From Octopus bimaculoides (Eukaryota), in assembly GCF_001194135.2 (NCBI RefSeq), contig NC_068983.1:108815601-108879600 (forward strand): DNA of 64,000 bases, read 5' to 3'. The notes beneath the pieces are model-generated. The model was given only the letters and a program-made list of their open reading frames with translations. It did not search any database and was not told the DNA's origin. A program made the translations under genes and the position numbers. This document shows, piece by piece, positions 1-13,894 of this stretch. Numbering within the stretch: the first letter of the stretch is position 1; every line of letters begins with the position of its first letter.

Positions 1-86
1 GAGGAGGAGGAGAAAGAGAAGAAGAAGAAGAAGAAGAAGAAGAAGAAGAAGAAGAAGAAAGAAAAGAAGAAGAAGAAGAAGAAGGA
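1..86. repeat. (GAA)n microsatellite
   Basis: Direct reading: long GAA run with minor interruptions. Confidence 0.95.
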
Positions 87-223
87 TATAGGAACTACTT
101 TATTGAGGAGAGTGAGGATTTTGAGATTGGTACTTGGAGGTTAAGTATCATGGAAAGAAACCCAGTGAGACCCTTGACAACCGGTTTTTGTCTGCTTTTA
201 CAGAATTGAATTGACAATAAATA

Positions 224-270
224 ATGATGATGATGATGATGATGATGATGATGGTGATGATGATAATAAC
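224..270. repeat. (GAT)n microsatellite
   Basis: Direct reading; explains the poly-Met ORF 224..520. Confidence 0.9.
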
Positions 271-810
271 AATTATGAACTTAGGGTTTAGGAGAGTGAT
301 TTCTGTGTGCCTTGGTTATGCAATGCAGCTTGAAACTTTCAGACTAAATAAGAGTAGTTTAGAGAAGGTAACTGAGCAGGAGTTGTGGGTAATCCTCCAA
401 CTGACCACAGTTTTTTTTTCTTTTTATGAACATATACATATATGTGTATATATGTGTGTGTGCATGTACACAGGCACACACATGTACACACACACACACA
501 CAGATAAACAGACAGTTTGAATGTTAAAAAGCATATTCAATGTGAAGAAGGATAACCCACATGATAAATTAATTGGGAATGTAGAGAAGAAGGATAAGTG
601 TCTGAGAACAAAGTAATGACAATCCAGATATACTACGACATTGCTATGTCAATGCATATTTTCTTACCCCAAAATGCATTCATATTCAGGTTTTAGATAT
701 CATTTCTGGTTCAATATCGATGTTATTGCATCAAATTTTGTGACTTAATTTTGTTTACAATCAAAAGAAATTCAGTGTATATTCTCAGTTTATTCAAGAT
801 TATCTTGTAG

Positions 811-892
811 GGTTCTTGGTTTGAAATTGGTCAACAGCATTATTAGTTACACATGCAATATTCTTTATTGCACTAAACTATTAATGAAAAAT
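811..892 (+). CDS. Candidate coding exon of an unidentified gene (phase 2 to 0)
   Basis: Acceptor tatcttgtAG, donor GTAATT, open frame VLGLKLVNSIISYTCNILYCTKLLMKN; phase-compatible with 2763-2793. Confidence 0.3.
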
Positions 893-899
893 GTAATTG

Positions 900-2281
900 T
901 TGGTGGCAAATCTGCTCCTGCACCCAATCTGTTTCCATCAAGCCCCCTCTATCACTTATCTTCCTAACACTCATCCCTGCATCACTCTTCTAACAAAAGT
1001 AATATTCAGTTGCTGTAACTATAACAGAGCAGAATTTGCACGTTTCATCTCCTCTTTGTGCTACTACATACCCCACTTCTTTCTCAGGAACCATTTCCTC
1101 TTAAAATCCATTCCTCATTCTAAAAACCATTTATACTCATTTTATTTTCCATTAATCCCTCTGTTCTGTGCCTCCATTGTTTTTCCCTTTTCCTTGAGCT
1201 ACATCTAAGGACTGCCATACCTCATCTTTAAGACCCTCTCATATCTGTTATCATTTTCATTACCTCTCATATCTGCCATCAACAACACCCTAGCTTTCTT
1301 CCCTGCTTGCTATAGTCAAATTTACCACCCCTAAGGCCTTCTGACCTCCATTTCTGTCACCATACATCTCTCTTTCCCTCAATCTTCCTCTTTCACTTCA
1401 TCCCCTTATTTTGTGATTTATTTGCAGTCTTATGATACTGTTGCCCTTCCTCCTTTCCTGAACTGTCACTTATTACCTCCTCTTTCTTGAGCCACTCCTA
1501 CATCTTTTACCCTCCCCCACCATACTGTTTTTTTTTTTTACCATCGACCATGCTTCCATCCTTGTTCACCATTCAATTCANNNNNNNNNNNNNNNNNNNN
1601 NNNNNNNNNCTGTTGCCCTTCCTCCTTTCCTGAACTGTCACTTATTACCTCCTCTTTCTTGAGCCACTCCTACATCTTTTACCCTCCCCCACCATACTGT
1701 TTTTTTTTTTTACCATCGACCATGCTTCCATCCTTGTTCACCATTCAATTCATTCACCTCTATCCCCATCCCTAATCATGTATCACTCTTCTTTTTTTGA
1801 TCTTATCAACTTACCTGACATTCTTGTCCTTCTTTTCATATTCTTTCTTATAATCACCTTCCAATACCTTGAGAGTATGAGCTAACACTTGTCACCACCA
1901 TCTTTGTCTTCCTTTAGTTACTCTCAACCATCCTTATACAATGTGGAGAGCCATGTATCACCTCTATAGCCAGAATCTGTTCCTCTGTCATACATTTAGT
2001 CTCTCATTTGCTGGCATAAAGCCACTTCTCTCTCTGCTACAATACCACTCAATTGAGGAGTCTTTTTCTTTGTCTTCTATTACTTGGTAACCTTACTTGT
2101 CTGGTGTCATGAAAAGGAAATGTATCCAGTACACTCTATAAAGTGGTTGACATTACAAAGCTATAAGAAACTATACCAAATCAGGCATTGGAGCTTGATG
2201 TAGTCCTCCAGCTCATTAGATTCTATCAAACCATCCAACCAATGCCAGCATAGACGATGGATGTTAAATGATGATGATGAT
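900..2281 (+). mobile_element. Decayed LINE-derived C/T-rich body ending in an RTE-type 3' tail with (GAT)n
   Basis: Pyrimidine-rich body, then a tail (ctggtgtcatgaaaagg...ccatccaaccaatgccagca...gatgttaaatgatgatgatga) that recurs at 6.1, 19.3, 31.0, 39.5, 59.0 and 63.8 kb. At 37.8-39.7 kb this tail follows an RTE RT. The 5' boundary is uncertain. Confidence 0.6.
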
Positions 2282-2762
2282 TTTTAGATGTAGCTAATAG
2301 TAAGAGGAGAACCATATTTCCCAGTGTCTTTGAAATGATTATACAGCAGCTGATAACTACACGGACAAAACATGTGCTACGGCATTGTAAGAAAATTGAC
2401 TGTTAACAAGTAGAATTTGACAGTGAACCAACACATACAATATGTTAAGTTTAATGTTATAAAAGTGAAAGCCTAACATCATAGATTTCAGCTACATAGC
2501 ATCAGTAGACTACTACAAATTATAGAGTACTAAAGATGAGATGGAAACTGTTGGTTGCAACTGTAGTAGTAGAGAATATTTGTTATTTTGTTGAAGCTAG
2601 AAATAGAATGTTGCTTACAAACAGCAGTGCATGGAAAGAGGTTAGACTTTAATATACAATTAGAAAAAAAGGATTGCTTTTCGATTCAATGAATAATTGT
2701 ATGTTACATGTTTAAGGAATGTATTTCACTTTCTCATGCATTTACTTTCATTGTCACACTAG

Positions 2763-2793
2763 GATACAGAAATATATGCTGTAGTACATAAAT
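2763..2793 (+). CDS. Candidate coding exon (31 nt, phase 0 to 1)
   Basis: Acceptor tttcattgtcacactAG, consensus donor GTAAGT, frame DTEIYAVVHK. Confidence 0.4.
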
Positions 2794-2939
2794 GTAAGTA
2801 AAATACAAAAACCTGAAGTAATTAATCGTTTTTGTTATTGTAAACCATTTTGATATTAAAGCCTGAAATGTAATTAAGCAACAATGATTAAGAACATAAT
2901 GATGCTGGTATAGAAGCAATTAAATTTATGCTATGTGCA

Positions 2940-3350
2940 AGCAGTGATATGGAGATGTATGGTTTTCAGTTCTTATAGATAGCTAATTGATATGTAATTG
3001 ATGAAAAGGAATATACTTTTAGCTGAAAATGGATATAAATATTGTCATCAGATTGAATGATAGAATAATACTAATTACGTTATTGGTTGATAGTATGGTA
3101 ATTAAAACAGTTTCAGCATACACATTGTGTATAGATGAGAAGATGGATGAATTTGCAAGATTACAGTGCAAACCTCCTAAATGATTGATAATAAGAATGT
3201 AATTATAGCAAAGAGTTTCAGAAGTCATATATTGAGACATCAAAACTTGTAGGAAACTAAATAAAAGGACTAGGACTGAAATAGTTACATGGTTTTCTGA
3301 ATGCTTTGACACATCAAAACAACAACTATAGGGACTTCTAGACTCTGGTT
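2940..3350 (+). mobile_element. RTE LINE APE-endonuclease relic
   Basis: Broken translation GI.LAE...IVIRLNDRIILITLLVDSMVIKTVSAYTL...AKSFRSHI resembles the RTE endonuclease segment (R.+DRI, SAYAP, GDFNGHVG); stops and frameshifts. Confidence 0.55.
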
Positions 3351-3509
3351 GGGTGAGCCAAATTAACATTAACCTCACCCATAGCATAAAAGTACATTGA
3401 AAAGAAAACGGTTAAACAAGAGAAATGTGTCTGGAATAATATGAACTTGTGAGTAATTTTGATAAAAAGACATGTGAGCGTGTGTCTAAGAGTGGTTATC
3501 TTTTATCTT

Positions 3510-3715
3510 TTACTTGTTTCAGTCATTAGACTGCGACCATGCCGGGGCACTGCCTTGAAGCATTTTAGTCAAGTGAATTAATATCAGTACTTGTATTTTT
3601 TAAAGCCTGGTACCTATTTAACAGTTTTTTTATGCTGAACTGCTAAGTGATGGGAATGTAAACAAACTGCCACCAGTTTTCAAGCTGTGGTTGGTGTTAG
3701 ACAAACACAAATACT
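3510..3715 (-). mobile_element. SINE family B, 3' half
   Basis: Reverse complement of the tail seen at 17520-17695 (cttgtttcagtcattagactgcg...gctgaactgctaag...). Confidence 0.8.
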
Positions 3716-4785
3716 GGATACAAAATATGAATGGAATAGGGAAATAACCTGTATATTTAATGATTATATTTTCCCCTTAGCTTTATTTCAAAGTGAATAC
3801 TGAGCCTATAAACACTGTATCTCTTATATTTGCCATCTCCATTTTAATCTGATTACAAATCAATAACTAAGAGATAATTGAAGGTCAAATACTATCTGGA
3901 ATCAGAAAAAATATTAATATAAATATATGCCTAGAATTCATTTGATGGAATCAAATAAATTAATAATTATTGGAATAAAGTAAATATAGACACTTCACTA
4001 GGCTAAGTTTTTATTTCATGAATATAATTGGAGCTACAGAGCTAAAACAAAAATAAATATATATCTTCTAAATCTTTATCTACGTTAAGCAGATTGCATC
4101 TAAATATCAGAATATATTATATTGATCATTCAAATCTTACTGCAGTTATGAAGTAAATATTTTGTACTTTTATCACAATAATTGGTCTATTTGAATTGGA
4201 TAAAGGTGAACTTAAGTAGATAATAGATACAAGATGAATGTTTGTGCTGTTGAAATGAGGTTAATAAGAAACCATTGCAATAAAGGATATAATAAAAATG
4301 AGATGAGATATGGTTACAGAAAGAAGAAGAATTAGTAAATATAAGAAAAGATTAGAATAACACTACATGGACAAAGAAAATTCACAAATTTAGTGACAAA
4401 TGAAATTGCCATGTTCCAGGATAAACACACAAATTAAGAGGTAAAACAGATATAGCTAAAAAAAACTATTACAATAGATTGCTTGGATTTATGTTTTGTT
4501 TCCTAATGTGGGATAAAAATGTGGTATTCTTATTAAGAAAGAATTGTTTATTATTAAATCAGAAATGAGGCATAAGTGAATCAATTACAAACTCCCACAA
4601 GTTTTTATACAACTTACGAATTTCCTTCAAAACCTTGAAGTTTGTAGAATGTTCTACAATAAATGTTTTTGAGATTTTTTTAAAGGCATGTTATTAGAGA
4701 AAACTCAGCTCTCAAAATGAAAAGCAGTCAAAAGTTCTCATATTTCATAGTAACACGTATCAGCATGCAATTCAAACTCAAAGTG

Positions 4786-4839
<54 letters not shown>

Positions 4840-4880
4840 NNNNNNNNNNNNNNNNNNNNNNNNNNNNNNNNNNATATGCA
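4786..4880. repeat. (TA)n microsatellite with N gap
   Basis: Direct reading. Confidence 0.9.
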
Positions 4881-6084
4881 TATATCAATGAAGCTTCAAA
4901 AAGGTTAAGACATATTATGCTAGCCAGATAACTCCGAGCCAATAAAGAAGCCAATTTTAGGATGGAGTATAGTTTAGTTAAGAAAGTTTAGTGATAGAAA
5001 TATTCCTTTTTTCATGAAAATATTATATTTACTTATAAATATAATTATTTGTGAAATAAATTTACCAGAACTACACCAATAATGATACTTAATGACCTGT
5101 AAAGTCTAGTAAGCCATAGATATTTATGAATATATAGAAAAACTAAACTGAAGCTTAGGAGACAGCTGATGAATGAATATCCAATATAAGCTAGTATGGC
5201 ATTTAAAGTCAGAAGATTCTTTAAAAAATTATTACTAAAATTTATATTTCTGAAAACAACTTAATGCTGCATTTGAATAAAATACTGAAAGGCATCGCCA
5301 TAAGGGGAAAAAAGTGGAATAAATATAGACGTTGTGCCACTGTATTGAAAATAATCTTAGTAATAAAACTTAGTGAAATTTAGTAAAAATCTCACTATTC
5401 AAAGTTTTTATCATTGATATGTTGCATGGGCTTTTCATGGAAATGATTCTAGCTGGTGCTTCAAAGAATTAGATTATTTACAGAGAAATATTGATCCTTA
5501 GACATTTCATCAATTTTTACAAAATATCTCATTTAGAAAGCATAAAATACTCAAATATTCAAATTATAGGTCACTGCTTGCATCTGCTGCTTGCTGTCTG
5601 GTTGCGCTTCAATATTGAAAATCATTTTTTTGTTCTATATTAGCGAAATTATCTGAAATTATTTTCTCTTATTTGTATAGTAGCATTTAAACTGTATTCG
5701 CCAAGGAATAATTGAAAATGTATACGGCATACTTCCATAATAAAATGTTCAATATAGATTTGAAGAGATATATTGGAAACTTTTAGAGAGTAGCATAAAT
5801 TGTTGAATTTAAGGGGCAAATATTGCCTGAAGTGTATGCTTTGAGCCTTAAATTATATTGCCTGATGTTTGAAAAATATGATGGTATGACAATTGTAAAA
5901 ATATAGTTCGAAGTGTGAAAACCAACCAGAATTGAGTGAAACATTAAGATATTAGAGTGAAATATTTGATAACACTTCTAAAGCATTTGATTGACACTTC
6001 ACTGAGGAAATGACAAGGGACTGGGAGATGTGGAGAGTTGCTGTACTTGATATGTCATGCTAAGCTAAGTAAAATCGCTGTCTT

Positions 6085-6356
6085 CCAGACACAGAGGTTT
6101 ATTCTTTCAGGTGCCAGTGCCACTTAAAAAGCACTCATGCTGCTGGTGCTGCATTGATGCACCTGTGCTGCAAAAACACTCGTAATAGTGACATGTAAAA
6201 AGCACCCAGCACACTCTGTTAAGTGGTTGGTGTTATGAAGGGCTTCAAGCCATAGAAACCATGCCACAACAGACAGTTGGAGTTCAGACAGCACCATGTC
6301 AAAACATCGAACCTATACTAGCATGGAAACCGGATGTTAGATGATAATGATGATGG
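6085..6356 (+). mobile_element. Isolated RTE-type 3' tail
   Basis: aaaaagcacccagcacactctgttaagtggttgg...gaaaccatgcc...ggatgttagatgataatgatgatg; same tail as 2100-2281. Confidence 0.7.
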
Positions 6357-6710
6357 AAAAGGTGATGAATTGAGTTACTCCAACAATTTTAGCTACAAAT
6401 CAGGGCTTATCTTTTGACAAAATACAGGAAAAGAAAAGTCCGTCAGAATTTTCAAGTGGTAGTTTCCATTAATCTTTTTTTTCTTTTCAATTATCTTCCG
6501 TGGCATCATAAATTAAAAAGAAAATATTTTTATGTACAGAAGTTTGGTTGTTAAGGAGGCTAAATTAACTTGAATACATACAACATAAATGAATGGAAAA
6601 ATTTGTAACTTGGGAGGTATTTTGATCACAACTGAATAAAATAATGATTTTTTTCATAATTTTGTAAGATAAATAATGAACTTAAAAGTTATATAAGGAA
6701 ATCTATTAAA

Positions 6711-6751
6711 TAACAACAACAACAATAACACAATGATGATGATAATAATGC

Positions 6752-6783
<32 letters not shown>
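6711..6783. repeat. Compound (AAC)/(GAT)/(AAT)n microsatellite
   Basis: Direct reading. Confidence 0.85.
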
Positions 6784-7103
6784 GCAACTTTCATTTATTA
6801 CCATTATATAATGCACTCAGCAATCTAAGTTTAAGTAGTTATTAACTATTTTGTTATTACTAAATTGAATGCTTTGAGGTATGAATAATAACACTGATTA
6901 TCCATCAAATTCAAGGTGAAAAGTTAAATATTATACTGGGGTTGTCAGTGTTTTATGATAATAATTATCTTGTATCTAATGCTAGGGTGGCAAATAATAC
7001 ATCTTTCGGGTGTGTGATTTGTAATAATGAAATAAAATGTTTACTATTTAATGAAGGTGAATAACTTCTTAAGTATATAGATATGAATATCAAAAGGGAT
7101 ATT

Positions 7104-7105
<2 letters not shown>

Positions 7106-7149
<44 letters not shown>

Positions 7150-7163
7150 TGTGTGTGTGTGTG
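7106..7163. repeat. (GA)n(GT)n microsatellite
   Basis: Direct reading. Confidence 0.9.
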
Positions 7164-7692
7164 CAGATTTAGAGAATACAAACATGTGAGGGAAAAGTTA
7201 TTTTATGTATGTCTGCATATGTGATGCACATGCACAAATTTGTAAACAAACTTCAGTATTCATAGCACTTCTATTTATACCAATCATGATATGAGAGATA
7301 TATTACTAATGTTATCATCAATGAAAACATTGATATGTTATTAATAAATGCTATAAAACATATTCTAATTACATCATTGTCTTATATTAAAGAATGGTAT
7401 ATCTGTTATTTCCTGAAATTTTTTATCTAAACACCTTAAATAGTCTAATATCACTGGTTCATCACTTGACCTTACATTTGGAAGTTTCTATTTGGAAAAT
7501 GCACATGGTAAATTGGTAATTGCGTGCCATCTCACTTATGTATTGGTAATCATAAAGAATGCTAATAATGCTATTTGACTGAAATTTGGAAAGCAATGGG
7601 AAATCTTTGGTATTGAAATCTAACCACAGATGCAGCCCCCCCCCCCCGCACACACATTTCCTAAATGTATAGACAGAATGAAATAATAATTG

Positions 7693-7790
7693 CTTCTAAT
7701 TTAGATACAAGGCAGGAAATTTGAGAAGTGGGGATGAGTCAATAACATCTGTTCAATACCTGACTGGTACATTATTTTATTACTTGTCAG
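7693..7790 (-). mobile_element. SINE family A, degraded 3' fragment
   Basis: Reverse-complement similarity to 11060-11139. Confidence 0.5.
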
Positions 7791-8204
7791 ATGTAAACAA
7801 ACAATGAGATCGAAGATGAAAAAAGGAAATGGGTGTATATGTCATATTTTAGGAGTATTTTGCTCCTTCATTAGCACCCAGCTAACCCCTTAATCATTCA
7901 CAAAGCACTGTGTTTGTGGCTGATATGTTTGTGGATGATTAAGGTGTTAGATGGGTGCTGATGAAGAGGCAAAAAACTCCTGAAGTATGGCATATACATC
8001 CATTAGCTTTTTTTCCTGTTCAGTCTCATTGTCTGCTTACATCTGATATCTCAGATATAAAATGTCATAAGAAAAAAATCAGTGCTGGCTATAACTGCTA
8101 TAGAATATCTGTAGAGATAACCTTAACAAGTGATGTAATAGCACTGCTAACACAGTAGAACATGATATTAACTTATAAACATGTTTAATATACTATCATG
8201 GTTG

Positions 8205-8370
8205 CATAACAAAATACAGTGTCCCTACAAGTCATTAATTTTTATTTTACTGACCCTGAAGTGATGAAAGGTAAATTTGACCTCAGCAAGACTTGAAATC
8301 GGAATGTTAAGAGATAGAAAAAATGCTACAAGGCATTTTTTCCGATGCTCTAACAACTATGCCAACCCTA
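8205..8370 (-). mobile_element. SINE family A, degraded copy
   Basis: Minus strand ggcatagttgttagagcatcggaaaaaatgcc...gctgaggtcaaatttacctttcatcacttcagggtc matches the head and central domain of 10930-11139. Confidence 0.65.
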
Positions 8371-8574
8371 CAGGATCTAATAGCAATGAGAAAAGAAAAT
8401 ACAGTACATTTCACAATAAAAATAATGTATATTTTTATATGAATGATGAAAATAAGCATGGAAATAGGTGTAAAACTTTCATCATTAAATACATCAAATA
8501 GGTGTCTATATCAGTTCCCTGATAGTAAAGAAACTACAAATTATGTATGCCAGATCAGAATCTTTACATAATAG

Positions 8575-8629
8575 TCATTTTCAAATCATTAACTGCCTTT
8601 CAAAGTGATACAGCCCAACTGAAAAGAAG
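8575..8629 (+). CDS. Candidate coding exon (phase 1 to 2)
   Basis: Donor AAG|GTAATG; frame IFKSLTAFQSDTAQLKR; completes the split codon from 2793 (T|TC). The acceptor is weak. Confidence 0.35.
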
Positions 8630-8873
8630 GTAATGCACATAAAATTTATTACTGTAACCAAGTAATCACTGAGTAGAAAGATAATGCCTTCATCTTGAAA
8701 ACAATGGTGAAACAATGCAGCCAGATACTCTAAACGTGGGTTTCTTTCATTATATGTGAATCCTTCATATTCTATTCTCTTTGCTATGAATAAAAGATTT
8801 AGTTCAATGGCAAATTATTTAAAACAAAACGATAGAATTAGTGTACTTTTATATTTCTAATTTATTTTCATAG

Positions 8874-8916
8874 GAATATGAAATTTCCTGAACTAGCAAC
8901 ATTTCATAAGACATAA
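8874..8916 (+). CDS. Candidate terminal coding exon
   Basis: Strong acceptor tttattttcatAG; in phase with 8629 gives R-NMKFPELATFHKT-stop. Confidence 0.3.
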
Positions 8917-10929
8917 TAATGGTAGTTGTACTTTTTGATAAATCACTGCTACATACAAAGGAAATTGAAGAACTGAATTAGTAATATTCATTTTTTAAAA
9001 CATTTTTTTTTTGTTTTTAGTTGAATATATTTAATTTAGCAAAGCAAGGTTTCAATTTAAACACAATTAGACAGGTTGCACAAACTGAATTTTTCTTAAA
9101 GCAAAAGTGAGCCAAAAAGTAGAAATCAAAAATATTTTCTGAGAAATGGATATTTTAACAGAAAAAAAAGAGAATATGAAGACGCTGAAAAATATTGGTT
9201 TTGTTGATTGAACCAATGATTTCAAGGTGCATTAAAGCTATTTAGAATTAAATATATGGGATGGTCTCATTAAAATATTTTGTAAGGGATTGAATTTGGT
9301 CTTTAATCTGTTAAAGGGACAAAAATGCTAACAGTTATGAAGTGCCAAATGTCAAGTAACTGGGCTTTAGTAATTAAGTTCTTGAAGAAGAAAAAATTTG
9401 ATTTGGAATAAAATCATATGCACAAAAAAAATAATAAATAATCAATAAATTTCCTATTCAATATTCCTTGATGTCAAACCATTAAAAAATGCTACCATAA
9501 GAGTAAAAGACTAAAACAAAAAACGAATAAAGTGAGAAAGAAGGAGGCTCTAAAATCAATACCATCAACAAAAATTATTCAAGACTCTGCAGCAAAATTG
9601 TGAGGAGAATAGTAAAATGACAACCATCCCTATTTGAATGTTCATTGTTGTAACACTCCAAGATATTTGAAAAGCAAAGAATTCTAGAGTGTTTTATCTG
9701 ACAAAGATGAATGCTTTATTGATGAGAAAGAATTAATAGAGCATTAGAGATCAGCTTATCACATCAGATTATTTTGCTATGATATATAATTGTATTTTAT
9801 ATTATTCTGCATGTATTAACTAAAAACTTCTTGAAATTAGAAAACAATATTTAAATGATATTTCAATGTCAAATTTCAAAATATAAAGCTTATTCTTTCA
9901 TTTTTTAAAACTATATTTTGCAGATAAAATGTTACTTTTAAGCTTGTTAATTTAATTAGTGTGATTACTATAAGAATTGTAAGCTAAGTTTCTCTCTAAG
10001 AATAATGTTAACAATTCATTTGCAATTTATGTATCAACTTTAGTTCTGGTTTGTCACCTGTGAAATATTAAATAAACTTATATTAATAGATGTAGTGTTG
10101 TCCATACTTATGATTAGTTTATTCAATGATTCAATGGAATAAAAGTAAAAGATATAAAACAATCCTAATTAACTTTTTTAGTTTTAATGAAAACCTAATA
10201 ATAATCTAGTGAAACCAACAATATGTATGTATCTATAGTGTATATGATTGTATGTGTGTGTGTATGTATGTATGTAATGCTTAATATATTTTAAATATCA
10301 GGATATATTTTAAGTATTAAATGTGAAGAAAAAGAAAAAAAAAACTACAATTTTTTTAAATTGAAATTTTTTCTAATACAACTGAGACTGAGTCATTTTA
10401 TAACTTTTGAAATATATCAAAAGTGTCAGTCAGTTCATTAATGAAAACAGTGTAAGAATATTACTGAATCTTCTAGCCCCTCCAGATGAAAGGAAAAATG
10501 AGTTGAGTACATCAAAAATTATTCCCCTCTTCTTCTTTCTCTGTTTCTCTTTCTCATTATATCTATAAAACTATACATGATTGTTCATTAACTAATACTT
10601 AAGATTGCATGTATGTTTTTCTCTCTCTTTTATTTTATCCTTCTTTCTCTGATTTAAAATGAAGACAATTACTTCAATGTACCATAATTAATTCATTATC
10701 TATTATACTTTTGCTTTACACTGATGAAGCACAACATGCAGAAATATGCTGCCTTACAAAGATAGAAAAAATATGAAATATACATTATTGAATATATAAA
10801 TAACATAAAGCTTTGAGTCATCTGATTGAAAAGAAAAACAATAAAGAAATGTTTTTCACACACATTTCTACTTTATATGAAAAACAGATAAACCTGTCCC
10901 AAAGCTGTTTTAGTATAAGAACACCTTAA

Positions 10930-11139
10930 GGCGGCGAGCTGGCAGAATTGTTAGCACATTGGGCGAAATGCTTAGTGGTATTTCATCTGTCTTTATGTTC
11001 TGGGGTTAAATTCCGCTGAGGTCGACTTTGCCTTTCATCCTTTCAGGGTCAATAAATTAAGTACCAGTTGCGTACTGAGATCGATCTAATCTACTGGCTC
11101 CTTCCCCCAAAATTTCAGGCCTTGTGCCTAAAGTAGAAA
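10930..11139 (+). mobile_element. tRNA-derived SINE family A, full length, 18-bp target-site duplication
   Basis: Head ggcggcgagctggcagaa, B-box-like ggttaaattcc, central gaggtcgactttgcctttcatcc...aagtaccag; perfect TSD agtataagaacaccttaa at 10912-10929 and 11140-11157. Confidence 0.9.
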
Positions 11140-12265
11140 AGTATAAGAACACCTTAAAAAACACTATTTTGTGGGTTAAACAAATATCTCTACTTTCTGT
11201 TGAATTTTCTCATCACATCCTCAAAATTGAAAGTCAATCTGAAATTTTTAACAAAATCTTGAGGATTTAATTATTATTGAAGGGAATAACTATTGTCTAT
11301 TTTTGATACAAAGTCGAATTCAAATATCTAAGTTAAACATATTAGTTCTGTTTGTTTCAAAATTGCACAATTTTAGTAAATTAAATTTGAGAAACCTGGG
11401 GAGCATACATATGAATTTTGTTATATTATGGTTTTGTTTTACATTTTAGGAATGATTCAATAGTTCGAAAGTAAAATTGAATATAAACTGGAATTCCCAT
11501 ATTTTAATTGAATTGGATGAATTGGATACTCAGTTTCCTCCAATAAGAATCCTTGTAAGACCATGTATGCATAATTCATGAAAAACAGTCTGTGCAAATT
11601 AAACTTGTTTATTGCATTTGAGCACAATTAGATGATCAACATTTTATAAAGTATAGCAGTTTAAAAATCATAAATAATTCTAATGGAGGAGAATATTGCA
11701 ATGCATAAATACATAAACTGTGAGGAAAATATTGTATTTGTTACTTTTTATGAAACTTTTATAGAATCAGTGAAATTAGATATTTACAGATTCTATCTAA
11801 TAAAATCAAAATATGAATGTCACAAGCAACCAACCCACAAGAAGCAAAAGCACTTCAAGGAGAATATTTGAAACGTGACCTACTTCTCTCTTTGATGTGA
11901 TAATTGAGCATCAAATTCTTAACTATGAGAAAATAATAAGGCAAAGTAGTTATAACAGTAAAAAACCAGCATAAATTGGTAAAATTTGGTATTGAAGCAA
12001 CTGTAGGCCAAATGATTTTATTACCAGATGATCAGACAGTAACACTAAAAGAAAATATCTTCTTTGTGAAAATAACTTAGTTATGTCTGCAAGTGTTATT
12101 TATTTCCAGTATCTATAATTTTCACTGTTTCCAACTATTTCACTTGGTCTTTCTGGCCACTTTAAGCCATAACCCCAAACTAAAGACTTACAACACTTGG
12201 TATCTGGCATATATCATTCCTTCTCCACATATGTCTAAATTATTTCAAGTCCACTTTCTCTTTCA

Positions 12266-12310
12266 CTCACACACACACACGCACGCACGCACACACACAC
12301 ACACACACAC
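12266..12310. repeat. (CA)n microsatellite
   Basis: Direct reading. Confidence 0.9.
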
Positions 12311-13245
12311 ATTCAGATTCTTAATACCTGACTGTTCATACAGCATTATGTCTTTCAGATTCACATAATGCATATTTAACAGCTCACAATGTATTTCTTC
12401 CTATTAGTGTGCTCCATATGTACATTACAGTGGCTAACATACTGTTTACTTGTATGCAAATATACCACCTTCAAATGAAGTGGGCTTAATTTGCTCAAAT
12501 TTTTCCAATACAAACTTCAACTAAGTCAATGGTCAGTTCTAATTAATTAAATTTTTTGATTAACACTACCTAAATAAAGCTCAGTGTATTTAATTAATTT
12601 AAGATACAAATTACTGTTAGGAACCAACTGGTGCTGTAAAACCAATAAACTAACTAATCTCCTCTTTTAATGACAGTCACTCAAGCCTTTTTTTTTTTTA
12701 AACATTTCAATAGTTTATTGAATTTCCTAACTTAATTATACACTGAGACATAATCTGCATACAAAAGATCCAATGGTAACTCAGTTCTTTCACATGACTT
12801 ATACAAAGAGAAAGGGCAATATTGAAGACAATTTTAAAGGACTCTGAGACTGAAAGGAGGAAGTTATCCTCATACTGGCCCAAATGTTTAAAACAGTTAT
12901 AACTTTGCCAAAGGCACACCACCAAGGCATGATAGTTATGTTAAACCAAGTGATAGATTAAATCTATCAAAAAAGAATTGTGTTTCCAAGTCTTCCACAC
13001 TGTCTCTGTCTGACCAAAGACTAGCAGGAAAAAATTTCCCATAATACATTTACACTTGAAATTGCTCAGTTTATGTTTATACATATTTTAAATACTTTGC
13101 AAAATCTATTTTAAAAAATTACACGTGTTCACTGATAAAAGCTTTTAACATGTGGAAAATAAAGATTATAGCTATTAAAAGTCTAGTACCTCTTACCAGA
13201 TGTATAGAAGAATCAAATTTGATAATTCTTTCTATATTTGTACAG

Positions 13246-13462
13246 GATTTGTACAGGAAAAATATTGTTTAGCTATGTTCAAAAAGCGTAATAGACTTTA
13301 TCACAGATCACTTCAAAGGTGAAATTCTAAAATAATCGTAAGCAAGTACATTTCTGATTATCTTTTTTTATTTGTTTTATTTCCTGCTGTTGACAGTATT
13401 GAAACAACCTATGTCAACAAACCAAGCATTCACTCATTTCACAATACACAACTGGCACAGAA
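13246..13462 (+). CDS. Two candidate exons (13246-13319, 13397-13462) with a 77-bp GT-AG intron
   Basis: Long polypyrimidine acceptor at 13396; joined frame DLYRKNIVLAMFKKRNRLYHRSLQ-S-IETTYVNKPSIHSFHNTQLAQ; the other two frames of the first exon are closed. Confidence 0.45.
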
Positions 13463-13894
13463 GTAATTTGATGGTTTCATTGATCTATTACACTAGTTCA
13501 CGTTTGTATAATAAACCTTCTATTGTAAAATTTCACACATCATTAATCAGCTGTATCAGACGCCTATCTTCTCAAAGACTTTACATATTATAACACTATT
13601 CTGCTAGTAAATTGGATTTGTAAGATATTTATCTTTGATAATTTCTTTTGAAAGTTAATGCATTAATTTATTTGTGTTGTTATGTTGTTGTGATCTCAAG
13701 AGGAAGTTATATATTTATAAGAAGTCTGCATTTCCCTCAAGAGAAAAAGTTGACTGAGGTTAAAATGATTAATATTATTACATTTGAAGTGTAGAAAGTC
13801 AGCAATTGTTAGCAAAAGTTGGACAGGTTGGAAATTCTAAAATGATGAAACTTAGCAAATGGAAATTTTAAATGTTTTTATCCTTTTATTATTG

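Noticed and set aside
1438-1752. Identical 143-bp direct repeat either side of a 29-N gap
   Set aside because: A perfect duplicate flanking a gap is the signature of unmerged overlapping contig ends, not biology.
3019-3387. 122-aa minus-strand ORF
   Set aside because: Antisense shadow of the RTE endonuclease relic.
10717-10752. CTGATGAAGCA-caaca-TGCAGAAATATG hammerhead-like string
   Set aside because: Only a 3-bp helix II, an extra base before GAAA, G at position 17 and no helix I; at best a badly decayed relic.
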